A DNA stretch of 64,000 nucleotides from Squalus acanthias (Eukaryota), in NCBI GenBank assembly GCA_030390025.1, contig CM059432.1:53818001-53882000 (forward strand), written 5' to 3'. Positions 59,192 to 64,000 of the stretch are shown piece after piece. Within the stretch, counting starts at the first letter, position 1; each line of letters begins with the position of its first letter. Both the position numbers and the translations under genes were made by a program. The notes beneath the pieces are model-generated. The model was not told the DNA's origin. It saw only the letters and a program-made list of their open reading frames with translations, and did no database searches.

Positions 59192-62100
59192 TGTGGCGGA
59201 TCGCCACCTAAACGGGCGCAATCCACTTTTCCGTCCGTGGACAATAAATCGGGCACCTTGCCTTTAAGGCACCTTGCCTTTAAGGCAGGAGAAAAGGAGT
59301 GGGCGGGGCCTCAGAACCTTCCAGATTCTAGTGTTAGCAGCCATCTTAGCAGGCAAATGTAATAAAAAGCTTTTGTGTTCCACACATGGACTCGACTTTA
59401 ATTCGTGTTTCGCGGCAGCTACAACATTGGTGACCCCGACGCTCAGAACGTATTCTGAGCACTGCAATGGCGGACACGAACGCAGTTTCCGTGAAACTGC
59501 CGGAGTTTTGGGAAAACCAGCCCGAAGTCTGGTTCCTTCAAGCCGAGTCGCGTTTCTGGCTGCGAAACATCACCACAGATGGGACGAAATACGACTATCT
59601 CGTCACATCACTCGGTAGCTCCACAGTTACGAAGGTCTGGACAGCACTGCAGAACCCACCAGGGGAGGGCAAGTATGCACATCTTAAGGCCGCGCTCCTT
59701 AAAAAATTTACGGCCTCAGCATACCAGCGAAACTGCCACCTCCTCGACCTTCCAGGCCTCGGTGATGCCTCACCGTCAGACCTCCTCTCCCACATGCTCT
59801 CCCTCACCGATGAGAGCCCACCCGGATCCCTCTTCCGCACGCTGTTCATCCGCCAGCTCCCTCTCAGCATCCGCCCAGCGATCGTGGCGTCCGGCCTCAC
59901 GGACCTGGAAGCCCTGGCCGATGAGGCCGACAAGCTGCTGTCCGCTCACTCCAGCCGCGACGTCACTCCGGACCTGGCAGCCACTGCCCGGGCGCGCCCC
60001 TCACTGGCCACCACGCGGCCACAAGGCCCAGCCACCGGGCTCACGGGGCCTTCGCGCCCCACTAACCCGGGCCACTGCTACTACCACACACGGTTCGGCG
60101 CCAGGGCACAACGGTGCACACCTCCCTGCTCTTTCAAGTCCGCCCCCGTACCAGCCCCCGCGATGGCCGTGGGCCACGCGGGCTCCCTGCTGTACGTCAC
60201 GGATGACAAAACCGGCCGCCGGTTCCTGTGCGACACTGGAGCTCAAAACAGCATCATCCCGGCCTCCTCCCTCGACATCCAAAAGGGCAAACAAGGACCG
60301 GCGCTGGCTGCTGCTAACGGCTCGGACATCCCGACGTACGGCACCCGCACAGTCACCCTCGACCTCGCTGGTCGCCGCTACCGATGGGAGTTCATCACTG
60401 CCAAGGTGCTCTCCCCTCTCATCGGCGCAGACTTCCTGTGCGCCCACAGCCTACTTGTAGACATCCCTCGACACCGCCTCATGGACATGAACACCATGTC
60501 CCCCATCCTGGGTGCCATGGCCCCCCGTCAACCCGCCGACATGGCGTCACAGTGCCACGCCCGGGCCACGGATGACTACTCGGCACTCCTGGCCGAATTC
60601 CCGGCCCTTACCAATCAGACCTTCTCCGCGGAGGCCGCCAAACACGGGGTGGAACACTTCATCCCCACCACAGGCCCCCCAGTGTACGCCCACGCCCACA
60701 GGCTGGACCCGGCCAAACTGGAGATCGCGCGGACCGAGTTTGCCACAATGGAACAGCTCGGCATCATCCACCGCTCCAACAGTCCCTGGGCCTCCCCACT
60801 CCACATCGCCCCCAAACCAGGCGGGGATTGGCGCCCCTGCGGGGATAACCGCCGCCTCAACGACGCCACCACCCAGGATCGGTACCCCGTGCCACACATC
60901 CAGGATTTCTCGGCTAGACTGGCCGGCCGCTCAGTCTTTTCCAAGGTCGACCTGGTGCGCGGCTACCACCAAGTCCCCGTCCACCCCATGGACGTCCCCA
61001 AGACGGCAGTAATCACCCCCTTCGGCCTTTTCGAGTTCCTGCGGATGCCCTTCGGCCTCAAAAATGCGGCCCAGGCATTCCAACGGCTCATGGACTCGAT
61101 CCTTCAGGACCTGAAGTTCCTGTTCGTCTACCTGGACGACATCCTGGTAGCCAGTTCCTCCAAGCAGGAACACCTCGAACACCTTCGCATCCTGTTCGGG
61201 CGCCTCAGCGACCACGGGCTCATCCTCAGCCCAGCCAAATGCCAGTTCGGCCTGGATAAGATCGACTTCCTCGGCCACCACATCACCCATGCTGGGGCCA
61301 TTCCCCTGCCCACCAAGGTGCAGGCCGTCCAACAATTTCCCCGCCCCACCACCATCAAAGGCCTCCAGGAGTTCCTCGGGATGGTGAATTTCTACAACCG
61401 CTTCATCCCCAAAGTGGCGTCCCTCATGAGGCTCCTGTATGAAGCCCTCCGGGGCAGGAGCGGCAAGATGGCGGTTGAATGGACGGCAGACGCGTCAGCC
61501 GCCTTCGACTCCACCAAGACCGCGCTCGCCAACACCACCCTGCTCGCGCACCCATGGCCCAATGCCAGGGTAGCGCTCACCACGGACGCCTCCAACCACG
61601 CGGTCGGCGCCGTGTATGAGCAGTGGGTCGACGGCGCCTGGCAACCACTTGCCTTCTTCAGCCGCCAACTACGCCCCCCGGACGTCAAATACAGCACCTT
61701 CGACCGCGAGCTCCTCGCGCTGTTCCTGGCGGTCCGCCAGTTTCGGTTTTTGCTGGAGGGCCACCCCTTCACTGCGTTTGTCGACCACAAGCCCCTGACA
61801 TTCGCAATGGCAAAGACAACCAACCCCTTGTCCGCCAGGCAGCAGCGCCAGCTCGCGGCAGTGTCCGAGTTCACCACGGACATCCAATACGTCTCCGGCT
61901 GAGACAATGTGGTAGCCGACTGCCTCTCCCGCCCCGCCATCCACGCCACACACCTGGCAGTCGACTACGCTCAACTCGCAGCAGACCAGATCACCAACCC
62001 TGATCTGCTCTCCGCACCTACCAACCTACCAGGGCTATGCCTGGCCGACGTCGCCTGTGGCCCGACCGCAGTCACGGTCAAGTGCGACATATCCCTATGT

Positions 62101-63525
62101 CAACCTCGGCCCGTCGTCCCAGCGTCCTGGCGCCGCCGCGTATTCGAGATTCTCCACAACCTTTCCCACCCCGGCGCCCGCGCATCCATCAAATTGGTAG
62201 CCAACTGCTTTGTCTGGCGCAGCCTTCGCAAGGATGTGCGTACTTGGGCCAACTCCTGCCTAGCCTGTCCAACGGGCCAAGGTGCAGCAACACATGAAAG
62301 CACCCTCGAGGAGTTTACCGTCCCTTCACGTAGATTCGGCCACATCCACGTGGACATCGTCGGGCCCCTGCCGCCGTCGCAAGGCCACACGCAATTGCTG
62401 ACGATCGTTGACCGCACCACGCGCTGGCCCGAGGCAATTCCACTGACCTCTACCACCACCGCCGACATCGCCAGAGCCTTCGTCAGCACCTGGGTCACAC
62501 GGTTCGTCGTCCCCTCCAACATGACGTCGGACAGAGGTCCGCAATTTACCTCTGAACTCTGGACCGCCGTCGCACGCAATCTCGGGGTGACCATTCACCG
62601 CACCACAGCGTACCACACCCAAGCCAACGGACTGTGTGAGCGGTTCCACAGATCCTTGAAGGCATCTCTTCGAGCCAGCCTCCAGGACGGCGCCTGGACC
62701 GACCGACTTCCGTGGGTCCTCCTCGGCCTGCGCACCGCGGTTAAAGAAGACCTCCACGCATCGGCAGCAGAGCTCGTGTATGGTCAGCCGCTGCGCGTAC
62801 CCCGCGAGTTCCTGCCCACCGCCACGACACCCTGGTCAGCCGACCAGCAACTCCACGACTTCGCCTCACCGGCGCTGCAGTTCGCCCCAGTGCCCATTGC
62901 CCGACACGGCGAATCCACCTCACACGTCCCACTAAGCCTGCACCAGGCACGGTTCATTTTCGTCCGGCACGACGCCCACTGTGGACCCCTTCAACCCCTG
63001 TACGATGGGCCCTACAAGGAGCTACAGGCTGGGGACAAATTTTTCACCCTGCAAGTGGACGACAGGACTGAAAAAGTGTCGGTTGACCGACTCAAGCCAG
63101 CACACTCGGAGCCCGGTGAGCTGGTCCCTGTAGCTCGTCCACCGCCACGCGGCCAACCTGCCCTGAAGCCGGTTCACCCGGCTGCTCCACGCCTGGCCGT
63201 TCCACATCCGCCGGCGTCCTACAAGAGCCGCTCCGGCCGGCCCATCAGACCACCGCACCGTCTTGTCCACACCTCCTAAGCGGATTCTGTGGGGAGCTGT
63301 GTGGCGGATCGCCACCTAAACGGGCGCAATCCACTTTTCCGTCGTGGACAATAAATCGGGCACCTTGCCTTTAAGGCACCTTACCTTTAAGGCAGGAGTG
63401 GGCAGGGCCTCAGAACCTTCCAGATTCTAGTGTTAGCAGCCATCTTAGCAGGCAGATGTAATAAAAAGCTTTTGTGTTCCACACATGGACTCGGCTTTAA
63501 TTCGTGTTTCGCGGCAGCCACAACA
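59192..63525 (+). mobile_element. Ty3/Gypsy LTR retrotransposon, CsRn1-like clade, full-length provirus
   Basis: LTRs 59192-59426 and 63300-63525 (TG..CA); CAAT TSD; PBS TGGTGACCCCGACG (tRNA-Trp type) at 59428-59441. Confidence 0.96.
59467..63279 (+). pseudogene. gag-pol (Gag CHCC, PR, RT, RNase H, IN) with one premature stop
   Basis: CYYHTRFGARAQRCTPPC; FLCDTGA; YLDD; TTDAS..DHKPL; HNLSH..CLAC; D,D35E region; TGA at 61900-61902 is in frame with ORF 61909-63279. Confidence 0.93.
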
Positions 63526-64000
63526 CAATTACAGCTGTGAGGAGGGATCATATGTTAGAAGGATAATAAAATGAGGCCATATGGGTTGAACTGAAGAACA
63601 AAAAAGGGGCAATTACACTGCTGGGAGTGTACTTTAGACACCCAAATAGTCAGAGGAAGATAGAAGAGCAAATATTAGGCAAATTTCAGAGAAGTGCAAA
63701 ATCAATAGGGCAGTAATAGTAGGGGATTTCAACTACCCTAACACTAACGGGGATAGAATTAGTGTAAAAGATGTAGAGGGTGCAGAATTATTAAAATGCA
63801 TTCAGGAGAACTTTTTTAGCCAGCACGTAGCAAGCTGAACAAGAGAGGGAGTGCTTCTGGACTTAGTTTTAGGGAATGAAGCTGGACAGGTGGAAGAGGT
63901 ATCAAATGGAGAGCGTTTTGGTGGTAGTGGTCATAATTCAGTTAGATTTAGCATAGTTATGGAAAAGGACAAAGATAGTCCAGGAGTAGAAGTTCTCGAA

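Larger units (their letters stand above)
55080..64000 (+). mobile_element. CR1 host copy (ORF1 esterase-like region + ORF2 endonuclease), split by a second CR1 and a Gypsy
   Basis: IGDSIVRG..VCCFPGARVKD (ORF1); YFNAR..YDIIAITE at ~55745-55835 resumes as LREGQE.QLNIPGYRVF at 59079 and again after 63529 (GDFNYPN). Confidence 0.85.

Noticed and set aside
59579..61335. Long alternative-frame and antisense ORFs in the Gypsy
   Set aside because: Expected from high GC3 codon bias; no recognisable domains.

Overview
Repeat-saturated, apparently gene-free vertebrate DNA, almost certainly from a cartilaginous fish (shark/ray), judged by HE1-type V-SINEs, Deu-type SINEs and shark-type CR1 tails. No host protein-coding exon could be supported; nearly all long ORFs are transposon-derived. 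Contents: (i) several degenerate two-gene PIF/Harbinger elements (spliced Myb/SANT gene convergent with a HARBI1-like DDE transposase), one complete with both TIRs and an ACT TSD (2890-10043); (ii) about a dozen non-autonomous elements with Harbinger-like GGGN-type TIRs and 3-bp TSDs; (iii) many CR1 copies, one nested in another; (iv) an ORF1-less CR1-group LINE with a tRNA-like head, plus a matching short SINE; (v) two Penelope-like elements, each with a minimal hammerhead ribozyme; (vi) a bipartite RTE derivative; (vii) a solo LTR; (viii) a near-intact, GC-rich CsRn1-clade Gypsy provirus. The most unusual signal is the ~750-bp non-coding TIR elements. They keep an ordered set of hairpins with compensatory changes across divergent families, carry housekeeping-promoter motifs and clustered consensus 5' splice sites, and related TIR families carry head-to-head AGGTAAGT...ACTTACCT donor palindromes. 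All calls are by eye; no searches or folding were run.
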